Counted from the stretch's first letter, positions 1 to 10,914 are shown. The stretch is 64,000 bases of DNA from Cyanobacteria bacterium J06626_4 (GCA_038523235.1 JBCBJQ010000003.1:32001-96000); one strand, 5' to 3'. Program-made: numbers and translations. The notes: generated from the sequence alone by a model not told the origin.

Positions 1-1131
1 TAGTCGTTAGTCGTTCAGGTTAGATTATTCATTCTTTCAGAACAAAAATATTTGAATCTTTTCTCATGAAAGCGATTACACAACATATTTTCAACAGTGT
101 TTTCTTATCCGTGACATCCAAGAACGACTGGTTAGAACACTCTCCTTAGCCAGAAGCCTGGTGAATAGTTGAGAGTAAGGCGTTGATCATGAACTGTGGA
201 TAGTCCATCTTTTTTTGATTTCGACCGGGCGTTAATCTTCTGTAGAGTGAAATCAACCGTTGTACAGCAAAGCGCCTTTTGATCTGCTGTTTCTAGTCAT
301 TCAATAAAACAACTTATTTTTGTTGCCTCAACTGTGGTGAAATGACGTTTGGTTGACCAGAGAGTTGCTATCTTCGCTGCACAGCAAGGATAGCGTGAAG
401 GCTCTACCCGCCGATACTGCCAGTGGTTTGGGGCACCGGTGTGAGCCTTTGGTCAAATTCAACTTTTTAGTCTTGGTCTTTCCTCCCATCTGCACAAATG
501 CTAGAGAGCTATCATCAATTACCGATAAATGGCCGTTAAAACAACGCTTCAGCCCTTGGCAGTACGTAGAGCTGATGCAGAAATTCCTTGTCTCAAATAT
601 TGTTGCAGTTAACTGATGATCAATGTTGGCACTGAGTTGGCACTGACGGAATCAATTATGCATTTCAGGAGAGCTGACGGTTGATCCTGACACTTTGGTT
701 AAGCTGAGGTTTGATAGCGTCAGCAGTAAAATCAGCTTCAAATGTTAGACGCTTATTTTTAGACTTGATGAAGATATTACTGAGATGTTGTTAAAACCTT
801 ATGGAAAGTCCATATTTAATCTAAGTGCCGTGGTCAATGTCACAGACGTCTGTCTTGTCTAGACCTTCGTGCATTTACTGATCGGGGTGCGTTTGAGTTT
901 ATTGAGTCTTTAACATTGGTGCTTTAGTCTTCCACCATTAAGTTCGAACAGTTGTCAATCACACAGTTGTGCCTGCATCTATTCAGCGTTGAGGCTGATA
1001 TCTCGCGTGTTGTTGAGATGATCGGATTGAGAAGATTTCAATGCTTTATGTATGCAGTGCAATGCCATTTTGACAACGGGAACGGTTGAAGTCTTTGGTC
1101 GTCAACCAAGTTGTGACGTTAAGGATATAGC

Positions 1132-1926
1132 ATGAAAGCTTCGCGCTTCAGAGGCATCATAGGTTCTCTAAGTATCGTGGCTGCGACCTTTGTAAGCAGC
1201 CCGGTCGAGGCCGCAACGCTAGTGTTGGGAGCCAGCACACAGGCTTGGTATAGCCAGGGTGGCTTTAACTTGGCGGTGTTTAGCAACCAATCGAGTCCCA
1301 TCTTTAACACGTTTACTGGGGTTCAAGACTCGGTAGAGTTTCGTTCCTATTTTGTTTTCGATGTCGGCTCAATCACCTCGCCCATTGCTAGCGGCACCTT
1401 GCAGCTGTATCAAAAACGATATTACTCATCAGTGTCAACTGAAACCATCACGCTATACGACGTGACGACCCCGACGACGACGCTTGTGAGTACGCAGGGA
1501 ACTGCGGCCTTCGATGATTTGGGCAGCGGTGAAGTGTATGGCACCGGTACGATTAATGCTGATCCTCCCCAAAACGATCTCGACAACTTTGTTGGTGAGT
1601 ATTTTGAAGTTGTTCTGACTCAGGCAGCTATTGACGGTATTAACCAAGCCGTTGCCGAGTCAGAAGACTTTGCTGTTGGGATTATGTTGTCTTCTATTGA
1701 CGATACGCCCTACTCATTTACGACTGTACAACGGCAAACCGAAGGGATTCTCTTCTCTGGCGGCAGCACCGATCCGCTGCAAGAATTAGAGTTTCCGGCG
1801 CAGCTCATTTTGGTTGAAGCTGATCCTGAGCCGCCTGTTGGAGTGACAGAACCCTCTGCCATTGTGGGCTTTGTGTCTTTGCTATGTCTTGGCGCTCTGG
1901 TTAAAAACGGGCGATCGCGCCGCTAA
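1132..1926 (+). CDS. Secreted PEP-CTERM-type (exosortase target) surface protein
   Basis: N-terminal signal peptide ending VEA-A; Ser/Thr/acidic-rich body; C-terminal VTEPS + hydrophobic helix + basic tail KNGRSRR. Confidence 0.75.
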   Translation: MKASRFRGIIGSLSIVAATFVSSPVEAATLVLGASTQAWYSQGGFNLAVFSNQSSPIFNTFTGVQDSVEFRSYFVFDVGSITSPIASGTLQLYQKRYYSSVSTETITLYDVTTPTTTLVSTQGTAAFDDLGSGEVYGTGTINADPPQNDLDNFVGEYFEVVLTQAAIDGINQAVAESEDFAVGIMLSSIDDTPYSFTTVQRQTEGILFSGGSTDPLQELEFPAQLILVEADPEPPVGVTEPSAIVGFVSLLCLGALVKNGRSRR

Positions 1927-2057
1927 GTATTCGCCTAAATCGGCTCTTTCATGACGACTGGGAAGGTGCCAATGGGTTCTGCACTAGGGGGCTGAGAGAC
2001 TTGCTCAACACCCTAAAGTCGGCAACCTGTCAGACATCAGAGGAGCTATCCACAGAG

Positions 2058-2444
2058 CTATGGCCGTTGTGACGCTCGATAGGTGAAGAATCGTCGAAGA
2101 ACGCCGAGGGTTTCGACTTTGTATTCAGGCAGCATGGGCAATTGTGGAATCCCGAAGGAAGTCTGATACAAGCTGGCGACGCCTAGGTTGAGTCGATTTG
2201 TGCGATCGCGGATCAAATTGTCGAGCTGTGGTTTAAGGGTTTCTACCAGTTCGGCGCATTGATCCGACAGCAGGTTCCCGAGGCTAGGAGGGAGTTCAGC
2301 ACAAATTTCTTCCGATAGATAGGTTTCGGCTTGCACACTGACGTAACGGGCGTAGGCCGTTGGCCCTGGGTTCGTAATCACTAAGCCCGCGATCGCTATC
2401 ACCAGTAGTACGGTACCCAACAGAGTCGCTGGTTTCATCGTCAT
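2058..2444 (-). CDS. DUF4359-like cyanobacterial protein
   Basis: N-terminal TM then TNPGPxxY, two Cys, TxRxNL..SLY.T and ETLG motifs. Confidence 0.7.
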   Translation of the reverse strand: MTMKPATLLGTVLLVIAIAGLVITNPGPTAYARYVSVQAETYLSEEICAELPPSLGNLLSDQCAELVETLKPQLDNLIRDRTNRLNLGVASLYQTSFGIPQLPMLPEYKVETLGVLRRFFTYRASQRP

Positions 2445-2735
2445 GCCCTCGCTGAACTAGGGTTTGAGCTTGCGTATTACCAAATGGAAATTAACAAAGA
2501 CCTGGCAAAATCATCCAGGGAGTTGGCGATTTAGAATTCAGCTAGCGGCTTTTAGCCACATCTTTAGACATAACAAGACCATTGGGTGCTCACACCAGTC
2601 GGTCATCTGCAGCCAGATCTGGGCGGCCAGATCATAGAATTTTGGCTGCCCTTAGCAGGCTACAGCCAAAGTTTAGAAGGCGATAGGGAGATGGGCAAAT
2701 TATTTGTGTTTGTTTGTCAGTAGTTGAAAAGGAAA

Positions 2736-2744
2736 TGCTATATT
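2736..2744 (+). promoter_or_regulatory. Extended -10 element of tRNA-His
   Basis: TGcTATATT 14 nt before the tRNA. Confidence 0.4.
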
Positions 2745-2757
2745 GAGAAACGCGCAA

Positions 2758-2831
2758 GGCGAGCGTAGCCAAGGGGTTAAGGCAGCGGATTGTGATTCCG
2801 CCATTCGGGGGTTCGAATCCCCTCGTTCGCC
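2758..2831 (+). tRNA. trnH: tRNA-His(GTG)
   Basis: G-1 plus acceptor GCGAGCG/CGTTCGC, discriminator C, anticodon arm GCGGA-TT GTG AT-TCCGC, T-loop GTTCGAATC; CCA not encoded. Confidence 0.97.
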
Positions 2832-3157
2832 CTTCTTTCAGAGATTGCTCAAAAGCTGTTCTCTAAATATTCACCACGAAGAAAAAGCTCCTATCTATGC
2901 TAAGTAGAATGCCGAGGGCTGCATCGTCCTGGCTAGTTGGGCATGTCTTGAAAATTGACATGTATTGTGCATCTCTCAGGGAGCCGTTCATGACGGGCTG
3001 GTGAGACTCTCTGGGATGAAACGCGGGTGGCCTTTCGAGCGGAGTAGTGGCAAACGCCTGCGGCTGGGCACCGGCTGAGAGCCCCTCACTGTTGCAGACG
3101 TTAATGTCAAAGCCTGAGCGACTCAGGCTGATTTAGTTGTACAAGCTTAATTGATAC

Positions 3158-3248
3158 AAGTAGCTGGGCTAATTCAAATATTAGGATGGGTTAGCGATAG
3201 CGTGACCCATGCGAGCGTTGGGTTTCGCTTCTTAGCCTCAACCTACAG
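3158..3248. repeat. REP-like (GTAG-family) doublet with an AAGTAGCTGGG end motif
   Basis: TAGGATGGGTTAGCGATAGCGTGACCCAT facing, on the minus strand, GTAGGTTGAGGCTAAGAAGCGAAACCCAAC; the left end AAGTAGCTGGG recurs at 59190. Confidence 0.55.
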
Positions 3249-3344
3249 GGTCTTATCGTTGAATTGGAAATTCCTATTTGGAAATTCCAATTTTAGATGT
3301 GGTTCTCAGAGTCCATAAAGTAGCAACTCTGTATTTAAGACAGG

Positions 3345-3863
3345 TTATGTCGATAGACGACGAACTTCTGAGCAGAATGAAGACATCCGGAAGCCGTCAG
3401 CACGTTTTACCAAACTGGTGCGCATCCGCAGATTGGGATTCATGTACCACAGGCGCTCGTCTGATTCGAAATCGTCATTTTGAACGCTGAGCGTAAGAAT
3501 TTCGTCTTCGAGCTGATATTTGCCTGAAACAGCAGTTTCTTGCTCGGTCTGACTCAAAAAATTGCCGGATAAGTCATCCTCCGATTTAAAGCCCACCATC
3601 ATGGTGGTGCTGGAGGGTGAGCTGTTTTCCGGTCCATAGAGACTCGTTTTTCCCGTCTGTTGAATGACAAAGGCAAATATAGCGGCAGTGGCTTCAACAG
3701 AGAACTGCTGGCAGAGTTCTAAAACGCGAGCGTCACTGAGTTCGACGCGGGTGATTTGCAGAGTGGTTTGTCCCGTTTGGGACGGTTGACCCGGTGCAAA
3801 ATGCGTAGTGCGCTGCGAAAACCAGGTGCCTTCAACTGTTTCAAAAAAGTTAACGATATCCAT
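3345..3863 (-). CDS. CpcS/CpeS-family phycobiliprotein lyase
   Basis: MDIVNFFE...G.WFSQRT.H N-terminus, ERLWYMNPNLRMR and SFCSEVR motifs; likely ATG at 3863 (ORF track starts 3926). Confidence 0.88.
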   Translation of the reverse strand: MDIVNFFETVEGTWFSQRTTHFAPGQPSQTGQTTLQITRVELSDARVLELCQQFSVEATAAIFAFVIQQTGKTSLYGPENSSPSSTTMMVGFKSEDDLSGNFLSQTEQETAVSGKYQLEDEILTLSVQNDDFESDERLWYMNPNLRMRTSLVKRADGFRMSSFCSEVRRLST

Positions 3864-4037
3864 GCCGTTGCTTTCAGGGGCTTCAAATGACCTTGTGACC
3901 TTCATTCTACGTTGAAGCGATCGCATCCCTCAGGAGAAAAATATGAACCTGCTCAGACAACGTGAAATGGCGGTATTCACAGGATGTTACGCTAGCGACT
4001 ACGCTTAAGAACTTTCATGAATACGGGTAAAGTTTCA

Positions 4038-5102
4038 ATGACCGGTTTGAATCAGGAACCTTTATTGCTACGGGCAGCACGCGGGGAATCAGTGGATCGA
4101 CCGCCAGTTTGGATGATGCGCCAAGCTGGTCGATACATGAAAATCTATCGAGATCTGCGAGAAAAGTACCCGTCCTTTAGAGAGCGTTCCGAAAATCCCG
4201 AACTGGCGATCGAAATTTCCCTGCAGCCTTGGCGGGCTTTTCGGCCCGACGGTGTTATTCTCTTCTCAGATATTTTGACGCCGCTTACTGGCATGGGCAT
4301 TCCCTTTGACATTATCGAAAGCAAAGGCCCCATGATTGATCCGCCGATTCGCAGCCAAGCGCAGGTGGATGCCGTTCATGCCCTTGATCCCGACACGGCG
4401 ACCCCTTTTATTCGCACGATTTTGAAGACTCTGCGGGCCGAGGTGGGCAATGACGCAGCCGTGCTGGGGTTTGTCGGATCGCCCTGGACACTGGCCGCCT
4501 ACGCCGTCGAAGGGCGCACCTCTAAAAACTATGCCAACATCAAAGGCATGGCCTTTTCTGAACCGGCGATGCTGCATCAATTGCTCAGCAAGCTTGCCGA
4601 CAATATCGCGACCTATGCTTGTCACCAGATTGATTGTGGAGCGCAGGTGGTGCAACTGTTTGACTCTTGGGCCGGTCAACTCAGCCCGATGGATTATCGC
4701 ACCTTTGCGCTGCCCTACCAGCAGCAGGTGGTCCGCCAGATCAAAGCGAAGCATCCGGAAACGCCGCTAATTCTCTACATCAGCGGCAGTGCTGGCGTGT
4801 TGGAACTGATGGCCGAATCTGGGGTGGACATCATCAGCGTCGATTGGACGGTGGATATGGCTGAAGCTCGTCGTCGTCTGGGACCCGGAATGGCGGTTCA
4901 GGGCAATGTTGATCCGGCGGCACTGTTTGGGTCTAAAGAATTTATTCGCGATCGCATTTTTGACACCGTACAAAAAGCAGGAAGTCGCGGTCATATTCTC
5001 AATTTGGGTCATGGCATTTTGCCCGGCACCCCAGAAGATAATGCGGCCTTCTTTTTTGAAACAGGGAAGAACCTTGATCAGCTGCTGGCCGTGTCCGCTT
5101 AG
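4038..5102 (+). CDS. hemE: Uroporphyrinogen decarboxylase
   Basis: [27 protein letters not shown] motifs; alternative start 4017. Confidence 0.97.
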   Translation: MTGLNQEPLLLRAARGESVDRPPVWMMRQAGRYMKIYRDLREKYPSFRERSENPELAIEISLQPWRAFRPDGVILFSDILTPLTGMGIPFDIIESKGPMIDPPIRSQAQVDAVHALDPDTATPFIRTILKTLRAEVGNDAAVLGFVGSPWTLAAYAVEGRTSKNYANIKGMAFSEPAMLHQLLSKLADNIATYACHQIDCGAQVVQLFDSWAGQLSPMDYRTFALPYQQQVVRQIKAKHPETPLILYISGSAGVLELMAESGVDIISVDWTVDMAEARRRLGPGMAVQGNVDPAALFGSKEFIRDRIFDTVQKAGSRGHILNLGHGILPGTPEDNAAFFFETGKNLDQLLAVSA

Positions 5103-5267
5103 GGCGCTTCATCGGTTAATCTTCCACACCTGATGCGGCCAGCATTGCCGAGCCGTCATCACTGCAGATGATACGCTGGGAGCACCCTAAACCCTAGCCT
5201 TTGTCAGGCAGCGAGCGTTCTGTCTCCTGATCCCAAACGGAGGTAGACGTCCGTCATCATTGGGGTA

Positions 5268-6269
5268 TTGTGTTTTCCCGGTGCTGCTAGCGTGTCTGAA
5301 TCTCTTGAAAATCGTTCCCCGCAGAAAATTTTTGTCACTGGGGCCAGCGGCTGTATTGGTCATTATTTAGTTGAGCAGTTACTGGCCGATACGCCCCATC
5401 AGCTAGTTTTACTCGTGCGCAACCCGGCAAAGCTCCTCTTTAACTGGCAGGATGAGCCCCGCATTGAGGTGATCCAAGATGACATTCGCAATATTGCGGC
5501 CTACGCTGACCGGCTAGCGACGGTGGATACCGCCATCTTAGCGGCCACTTCATGGGGCGGTGCGCCTGAAATTTATGACATCAATGTCACCGGCAATCAC
5601 CAGCTGATGGCCCTGCTGCACGGCGATCGCTGTCGGCAAGTGCTCTATTTTTCAACCGCTAGCATTTTAGACAGCGATAATCGGCCTTTGGCAGAAGCGG
5701 GGGAAATCGGCACCGATTACATTCGCAGCAAATATCAGTGCTATCTGCAGCTCCCGGATCTGGCCATCTATCCGAAAATCACCACGGTTTTTCCTACCTT
5801 GGTCTTTGGCGGCGATAAAGACAAACCCTATTCCCACATTTCGGCGGGCATCAAAGACGTCACTCGCTGGATGGGGCTGATCCGTTTTCTCAAAGCCGAT
5901 GGTAGCTTTCACTTTGCCCATGGCAGAGACATCGCTCTCGTAGTCAGTTATCTGGTTGATCATCCGCCTAGCCCCCAAGCCTCTCGCCAGGTGGTCATCG
6001 GCAATCCGGCCCTGACCCTCAATCGCACTGTCGAAGAAACCTGCCACTATTTAGGGCGGCGCATCTTTTTCCGCATTCCCCTCTCGCTGTGGCTCGCCGA
6101 TCGCATCATTGATGGGTTCAACATTCGCATGGCAGAGTGGGATCGGTTTTGTCTGAACTATCGGCATTTTGTTTACAACGATCCCGTTTACCCCGAAAAG
6201 TTGGGTTTATCGCCCTATTGCCCCACTGTGGCAGACTTGATGCGCATTAGTGGCGTCCTGCCGGGTTGA
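5268..6269 (+). CDS. NAD(P)-dependent epimerase/dehydratase-family oxidoreductase
   Basis: TGASGCIG Rossmann motif and YxxSK; start uncertain (GTG near 5292 possible). Confidence 0.85.
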   Translation: MCFPGAASVSESLENRSPQKIFVTGASGCIGHYLVEQLLADTPHQLVLLVRNPAKLLFNWQDEPRIEVIQDDIRNIAAYADRLATVDTAILAATSWGGAPEIYDINVTGNHQLMALLHGDRCRQVLYFSTASILDSDNRPLAEAGEIGTDYIRSKYQCYLQLPDLAIYPKITTVFPTLVFGGDKDKPYSHISAGIKDVTRWMGLIRFLKADGSFHFAHGRDIALVVSYLVDHPPSPQASRQVVIGNPALTLNRTVEETCHYLGRRIFFRIPLSLWLADRIIDGFNIRMAEWDRFCLNYRHFVYNDPVYPEKLGLSPYCPTVADLMRISGVLPG

Positions 6270-6355
6270 GTAATACGCTCGTTCTCTTTAGAATCAAAGG
6301 CAACCCTGCTGCGTTGGCATGAGCCGGTGCGTAGCCCCTATCGTCCGTGACCCCT

Positions 6356-7486
6356 ATGGCCATCATTTCTTCGAAGTCTGAGTCTGAGCCTCAGCCGCCG
6401 CGTCAGCAGAAAGCGGGCGCCAAGCCGTCAGACGCTGTTGAACCGGCAGCTCCGGCCTCCGTCGTGCGCGAGCCGCGCGATCGCCCGGCCAGCCCGCCAG
6501 AAGATGGGTTGCGACCGCAACGAATCGCTGACTACATCGGTCAGAAATCGCTTAAAGAAGTGCTGGATATTGCGATTCGGGCTGCTCAGTCGCGTGAAGA
6601 ACCCCTCGATCATCTTCTGCTCTACGGCCCTCCCGGCCTGGGTAAAACGACCATGGCGCTCATTTTGGCCCAGGAGATGCAGGTAGACTGCAAAATCACC
6701 ACGGCTCCAGCGCTAGAGCGACCCCGCGATATTGCCGGCTTGCTCGTCAACCTCAAACCGGGCGACATCCTTTTTATTGATGAGATTCACCGACTGCCCC
6801 GCGTCACCGAAGAAATCCTCTATCCCGCGATGGAAGACTCGCGATTAGATATCACCATCGGCAAGGGGCAGAGCGCCCGCACGCGCAGCATTCCGCTCAA
6901 CCCGTTTACGCTGGTGGGGGCGACGACGCGGGTCGGCGCCTTGACCTCGCCTTTGCGCGATCGCTTTGGCTTAATTCAGCGGCTGCGATTTTACGAAGTG
7001 GATGAGCTAACGCAGATTGTCACTCGCACCGCTCAGGTATTGAATACGCCAATTCAACTCGATGGTGCAGAAGAAATCGCGCGGCGCTCGCGGGGCACAC
7101 CACGCATTGCCAACCGCTTGCTCAAACGAGTCCGTGACTATGTCGAAGTCAAGAAATCTGGTCGGATCAATCAGGCGATCGCGGCGGAAGCGTTGGAGCT
7201 GTTCAACGTCGATCCCTGTGGGTTGGACTGGACCGATCGTCGCTTGCTATCCGTCATGATTGAAAACTTTAACGGGGGCCCGGTCGGACTAGACACGATG
7301 GCCGCTGCCACTGGTGAAGATGCTCAAACCATCGAGGAAGTCTACGAACCGTATTTGATGCAGTTGGGCTATCTGCAGAGAACGCCGCGGGGTCGGGTGG
7401 TCACGCGGGCGGCCTGTCGTCACCTGGGCTACGAAGTCAGTGCCGTCCCCGATTTTTATAATGAACAGCAGCTGTCGATGATGTAA
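6356..7486 (+). CDS. ruvB: Holliday junction branch migration helicase RuvB
   Basis: [39 protein letters not shown]. Confidence 0.97.
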   Translation: MAIISSKSESEPQPPRQQKAGAKPSDAVEPAAPASVVREPRDRPASPPEDGLRPQRIADYIGQKSLKEVLDIAIRAAQSREEPLDHLLLYGPPGLGKTTMALILAQEMQVDCKITTAPALERPRDIAGLLVNLKPGDILFIDEIHRLPRVTEEILYPAMEDSRLDITIGKGQSARTRSIPLNPFTLVGATTRVGALTSPLRDRFGLIQRLRFYEVDELTQIVTRTAQVLNTPIQLDGAEEIARRSRGTPRIANRLLKRVRDYVEVKKSGRINQAIAAEALELFNVDPCGLDWTDRRLLSVMIENFNGGPVGLDTMAAATGEDAQTIEEVYEPYLMQLGYLQRTPRGRVVTRAACRHLGYEVSAVPDFYNEQQLSMM

Positions 7487-7664
7487 CGGTCTCCCAATTC
7501 CGCACTAGCGCTACATATAGCGCCAAAGATTCTGTACAACCGCTAATAATTTAGGGCTCAAGGGTAGACTTTTGACCGAAGTTCAGTACAATACAGCGTC
7601 ATAGCCTTTAATCGGCGAGTCTACTATCCGCCCTGGATTGCTAGCTAATTTTGAGATTTTGCTT

Positions 7665-8549
7665 ATGACCTCGGTTGTTACCCGCCCCAGCAGTAGCTAC
7701 GAAAGACTGCCCGAAGACGTTCGTTCGGTGCTTAGCGATCGCCTCCAGGGGGCAACCTCAGTCACGGATAACGACAACGCGATCCCGGTGCCCCCTCGCA
7801 CCCCGGCTAAGCCAAATTCCCAACGGCGCAGTCAACCGTCCAAACAGAAGACAACGGCTCCACGTCAAACCCCTCAGCGCCATGTTGTGGTGGCTCTGCA
7901 AAACGTTTCTAAAAGCTATCCCAAAGGGAATCGGGCGCTGATAGACGTCAACTTGCAGATGCATAAAGGCGATTTTCTCTTTATTACTGGGGCTTCCGGA
8001 GCCGGCAAGTCCACTCTCCTCAAGCTGCTGTATGGGCAAGAGCATCCCACGTCGGGCGAAGTCATGATTGAGGGCACGCCCATCGGTCAGCTCCGGGGCA
8101 ACCAGCTGGCTAAAGTGCGACGCCGCATCGGCATCGTCTTTCAAGATTACAAGCTGATTCCGCGCCGCACTGTGGCTGAGAACGTTGCCTTCGTGCTCTG
8201 GGCTCAGGGTTACAGCCGTAAAGAAATTCACCGTCGCCTCTGGCCCACGCTCAAAATGGTGGGGCTGCAGGATAAGTCAGAATCTTTCCCCAATGAGCTA
8301 TCGGGTGGCGAACAGCAGCGGGTCAGTATTGCCCGCGCCGTCGTCGGTACGCCGCCGCTCCTCTTGGCCGACGAACCCACCGGCAACCTTGATCCCGAAA
8401 ACGCTTTGCAGGTGATCAAAATTCTCAAGAAGCTGAACTCCATTGGCATCACGGTGGTGGTGACGACTCATAACGAGCAACTGGTCAGAGTCTCTAACCA
8501 TCCCGTCGTTCAGCTCAAAGAAGGCCATCTCCGGCAACTGCGGCAGTAA
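7665..8549 (+). CDS. ftsE: Cell division ATP-binding protein FtsE
   Basis: [42 protein letters not shown]; low-complexity N-terminal extension. Confidence 0.9.
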   Translation: MTSVVTRPSSSYERLPEDVRSVLSDRLQGATSVTDNDNAIPVPPRTPAKPNSQRRSQPSKQKTTAPRQTPQRHVVVALQNVSKSYPKGNRALIDVNLQMHKGDFLFITGASGAGKSTLLKLLYGQEHPTSGEVMIEGTPIGQLRGNQLAKVRRRIGIVFQDYKLIPRRTVAENVAFVLWAQGYSRKEIHRRLWPTLKMVGLQDKSESFPNELSGGEQQRVSIARAVVGTPPLLLADEPTGNLDPENALQVIKILKKLNSIGITVVVTTHNEQLVRVSNHPVVQLKEGHLRQLRQ

Positions 8550-8647
8550 TGGCTGCTGCATCCTGTTAGCGATACAGGCGTACCTACCAGATAACGAGAT
8601 TGCCCGGCTGTCAGCCCCTTAGCCTAAACCGCTCTTACTCCCCTTTC

Positions 8648-9148
8648 ATGTCAGATCTCTCGACTTCGTCTGCGATCACCATCGGCTTCGCGACCCCAGA
8701 AGATGTGCCTGCGATTGTTCGCCTGATTCATGCCCTAGCCGATTACGAAAAGCTGGCCCATGAAGTGACCGGCAACGCGGCTGATCTGACTCAACATTTG
8801 TTTGGCGATCACGCCCATATTGAGACATTGATTGCTCGCGTCGATGACATACCGGTGGGCTTTGCGCTCTTCTTCCACAACTATTCAACGTTTTTGATGA
8901 AACCAGGTATCTACTTAGAAGATCTCTTTGTAGCACCAGAATATCGCGGTCGGGGCATTGGTAAGTTGCTACTGCAGCGCTTAGGGCAACTCGCTCTTGA
9001 GCGAGACTGTGGCCGTTTGGAGTGGAACGTTTTGGACTGGAACCAACCAGCAATTGATTTTTATGAACGCATGGGGGCTGAGATTAAGCCGGAATGGCAG
9101 CTCTGTCGAGTAACGGGCAGCGCTCTGACCGAGTTGGCCAGCAGCTGA
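8648..9148 (+). CDS. GNAT N-acetyltransferase (diamine/SSAT-like)
   Basis: IYLEDLFV.PEYRGRGIG, RLEWNVLDWNQPAIDFY. Confidence 0.92.
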   Translation: MSDLSTSSAITIGFATPEDVPAIVRLIHALADYEKLAHEVTGNAADLTQHLFGDHAHIETLIARVDDIPVGFALFFHNYSTFLMKPGIYLEDLFVAPEYRGRGIGKLLLQRLGQLALERDCGRLEWNVLDWNQPAIDFYERMGAEIKPEWQLCRVTGSALTELASS

Positions 9149-9199
9149 GGGCAATTACTACCTTGCAAGGGTGTGCTGCTCTCATCGGATTGCCGACGG

Positions 9200-10330
9200 C
9201 TACTTGCGACCCGGCAGCAATCCCGTTGATAATCGCTTGATCACTCGACTCGCCACATCGCTGTATTCGATTTCACCTGCCAACAGCTGCCCCATGCGTT
9301 TGGTCATGGTGGGGCGCTTGATACCAACGCGATAACCAATTCCCGGAAACCGGAAGAATACCCCCGCAATGCGTTGAGCCCACTGCATGTTGTCGCCCCA
9401 TTGATGCATGGTCGCCGTGTAATCTGCCAGCGCCTCGTCCTGCCCCTGCAATGCGGCATGAATTGCCTTGGCCGCCTCAACGCCGCTGTACATGCCATGG
9501 CGAATGCCCTCGGCTGAGAGTGGATCGACGATCGCCGCGGCTTCTCCAATAACGACTGCCTGGTGAGTGTGTAGCGACCGGTTGCCATCCCAAAGTTTGA
9601 CCAGATGAGGCGAGAGCTGACCGGCGCTACCGTTAAGGTTGAACCCGCCAGCATAGGCTTTGAAGGCCGCCGGGTAGTCCGGTGCGCTGCTGCCCAAAAA
9701 GGTCACGGCTCCCATCAGGCGCTCAGAATCGTAGGGAAAAGACCACAAGCAGCCGTTTTTGAGCAGTCCAAATTCAAAGTTGAGTGTGGGATTGTGCAGC
9801 GATTGCTCAGCCGGGATGGCAAAAACAGCCGCAGGCCGCACTTTCGGCATCTCCAACCCTAACCAGTGTGACAATGGCCCTTTAGCCCCATCGGCCGCAA
9901 TCAAGTAGCGTCCCTCAAAGACTGCTTGTGCGGTATGAACCTGCCAATAGCCCTTGGTAAATTCGATTTTGAGCACCGGTGTCCCATCCTGAAAAACCGC
10001 CCCTTTAGCGATCGCGTGACTGATCAAAAATTGATCGAAGGCATCACGCTTGACCAGCCAGATCGGCTCTTGGGTTTGTAACTCAGATGTCACCGGATCG
10101 CCCAGCTTCCAGGTGTAGCGGACTCGTCTAACTCGCTGGGCGATGATGGGAGCAAAATCAAAGTCGAACCATTGGGCAACCAAGGGCGACAAGGCTCCGG
10201 TGCAGGGTTTGTCACGAGGAAAGGTGGCCTTTTCCAATACCAACACTGAGCAGCCTTGCCGAGCGAGGTGATAGGCCGCACTGCTACCCGCTGGCCCACC
10301 GCCGACCACGATGCTGTCGAACATAGTCAA
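9200..10330 (-). CDS. Geranylgeranyl reductase family FAD-dependent oxidoreductase
   Basis: VVGGGPAG, LEK.TFPRDKPC, ADGAKG, GEAA.IVDPLSAEGI. Confidence 0.9.
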   Translation of the reverse strand: MTMFDSIVVGGGPAGSSAAYHLARQGCSVLVLEKATFPRDKPCTGALSPLVAQWFDFDFAPIIAQRVRRVRYTWKLGDPVTSELQTQEPIWLVKRDAFDQFLISHAIAKGAVFQDGTPVLKIEFTKGYWQVHTAQAVFEGRYLIAADGAKGPLSHWLGLEMPKVRPAAVFAIPAEQSLHNPTLNFEFGLLKNGCLWSFPYDSERLMGAVTFLGSSAPDYPAAFKAYAGGFNLNGSAGQLSPHLVKLWDGNRSLHTHQAVVIGEAAAIVDPLSAEGIRHGMYSGVEAAKAIHAALQGQDEALADYTATMHQWGDNMQWAQRIAGVFFRFPGIGYRVGIKRPTMTKRMGQLLAGEIEYSDVASRVIKRLSTGLLPGRK

Positions 10331-10409
10331 GTCCTAATACAACAAACGCTAGGCTGCCATGGCTCCACCCGTCACTCGCAGGCATAATATCTCAGGCAAT
10401 TCTGCATCA

Positions 10410-10619
10410 AACCAAGACTGAACTCCCAGAAATTACCTGCATAGAGCAAATACCACGGGTGCGGAACCGCTTTTAGGTGGGATAGTTCTGCCGGTTACGA
10501 AAATCCGACAATACTACGAACCAGCCGGACTCTCGGAAATTACCTGCGTAGAACAAATACCACAAGGATGAAACCGCTTTTAGGTTAGATAGTCCTGCGG
10601 ATTACGAAGAATCGATAAA
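10410..10619. repeat. Diverged two-copy tandem duplication, period 107 bp
   Basis: Shared blocks GAAATTACCTGC, CAAATACCAC, AACCGCTTTTAGGT, GATAGT, TTACGAA; AATTACCTGC at 10431 and 10538. Confidence 0.9.
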
Positions 10620-10701
10620 GCCATAAGCTTAAAACAGCCTAGAAGCGTAAAGCTTCACTAAAAATCATACGCCTTTAGGCGATTCGCTTCTGGAGGTTCA
10701 C

Positions 10702-10863
10702 ATGTTTTGGGAGTTATGCATTCTGTACGCTAACGGCACAGAAGAAGTGCTTAAAGTCTTCAAAGACCTTGAGATGGCTTTGAACTGTGTAGATCGTATT
10801 TATGCTCAAGATGGCTATCCGATGCACATGGCTTACTGTGTGCGCCCTACCTGTACTGTTTAG
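10702..10863 (+). CDS. Small protein, 53 aa (MFWELCILYANGTEEVLKVFKDLEMALNCVDRIYAQDGYPMHMAYCVRPTCTV)
   Basis: GGAGG RBS 5 nt before ATG, open frame to TAG, downstream hairpin; below the ORF-track cut-off. Confidence 0.8.
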   Translation: MFWELCILYANGTEEVLKVFKDLEMALNCVDRIYAQDGYPMHMAYCVRPTCTV

Positions 10864-10879
10864 GTAAGCTCTCAATGAC

Positions 10880-10914
10880 TCGCGAGGGCTCATCCAATGG
10901 CTGGGCCCTCGCGA
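10880..10914 (+). terminator. Stem-loop downstream of the 53-aa ORF
   Basis: TCGCGAGGGC...GCCCTCGCGA 10-bp perfect stem, weak U tail. Confidence 0.55.

Noticed and set aside
353..616. 87-aa ORF
   Set aside because: TTG start, no RBS, no recognisable motif
7665..7890. Long N-terminal extension on FtsE and no adjacent ftsX
   Set aside because: Low-complexity extensions and an unlinked ftsX are ordinary in cyanobacteria
10548..10560. NtcA site GTA...TAC in repeat copy 2
   Set aside because: Spacing is N7 rather than N8, and copy 1 reads ATA
10410..10619. CRISPR array or coding repeat
   Set aside because: Only two long diverged units, no repeat-spacer pattern, period not a multiple of 3, no cas genes
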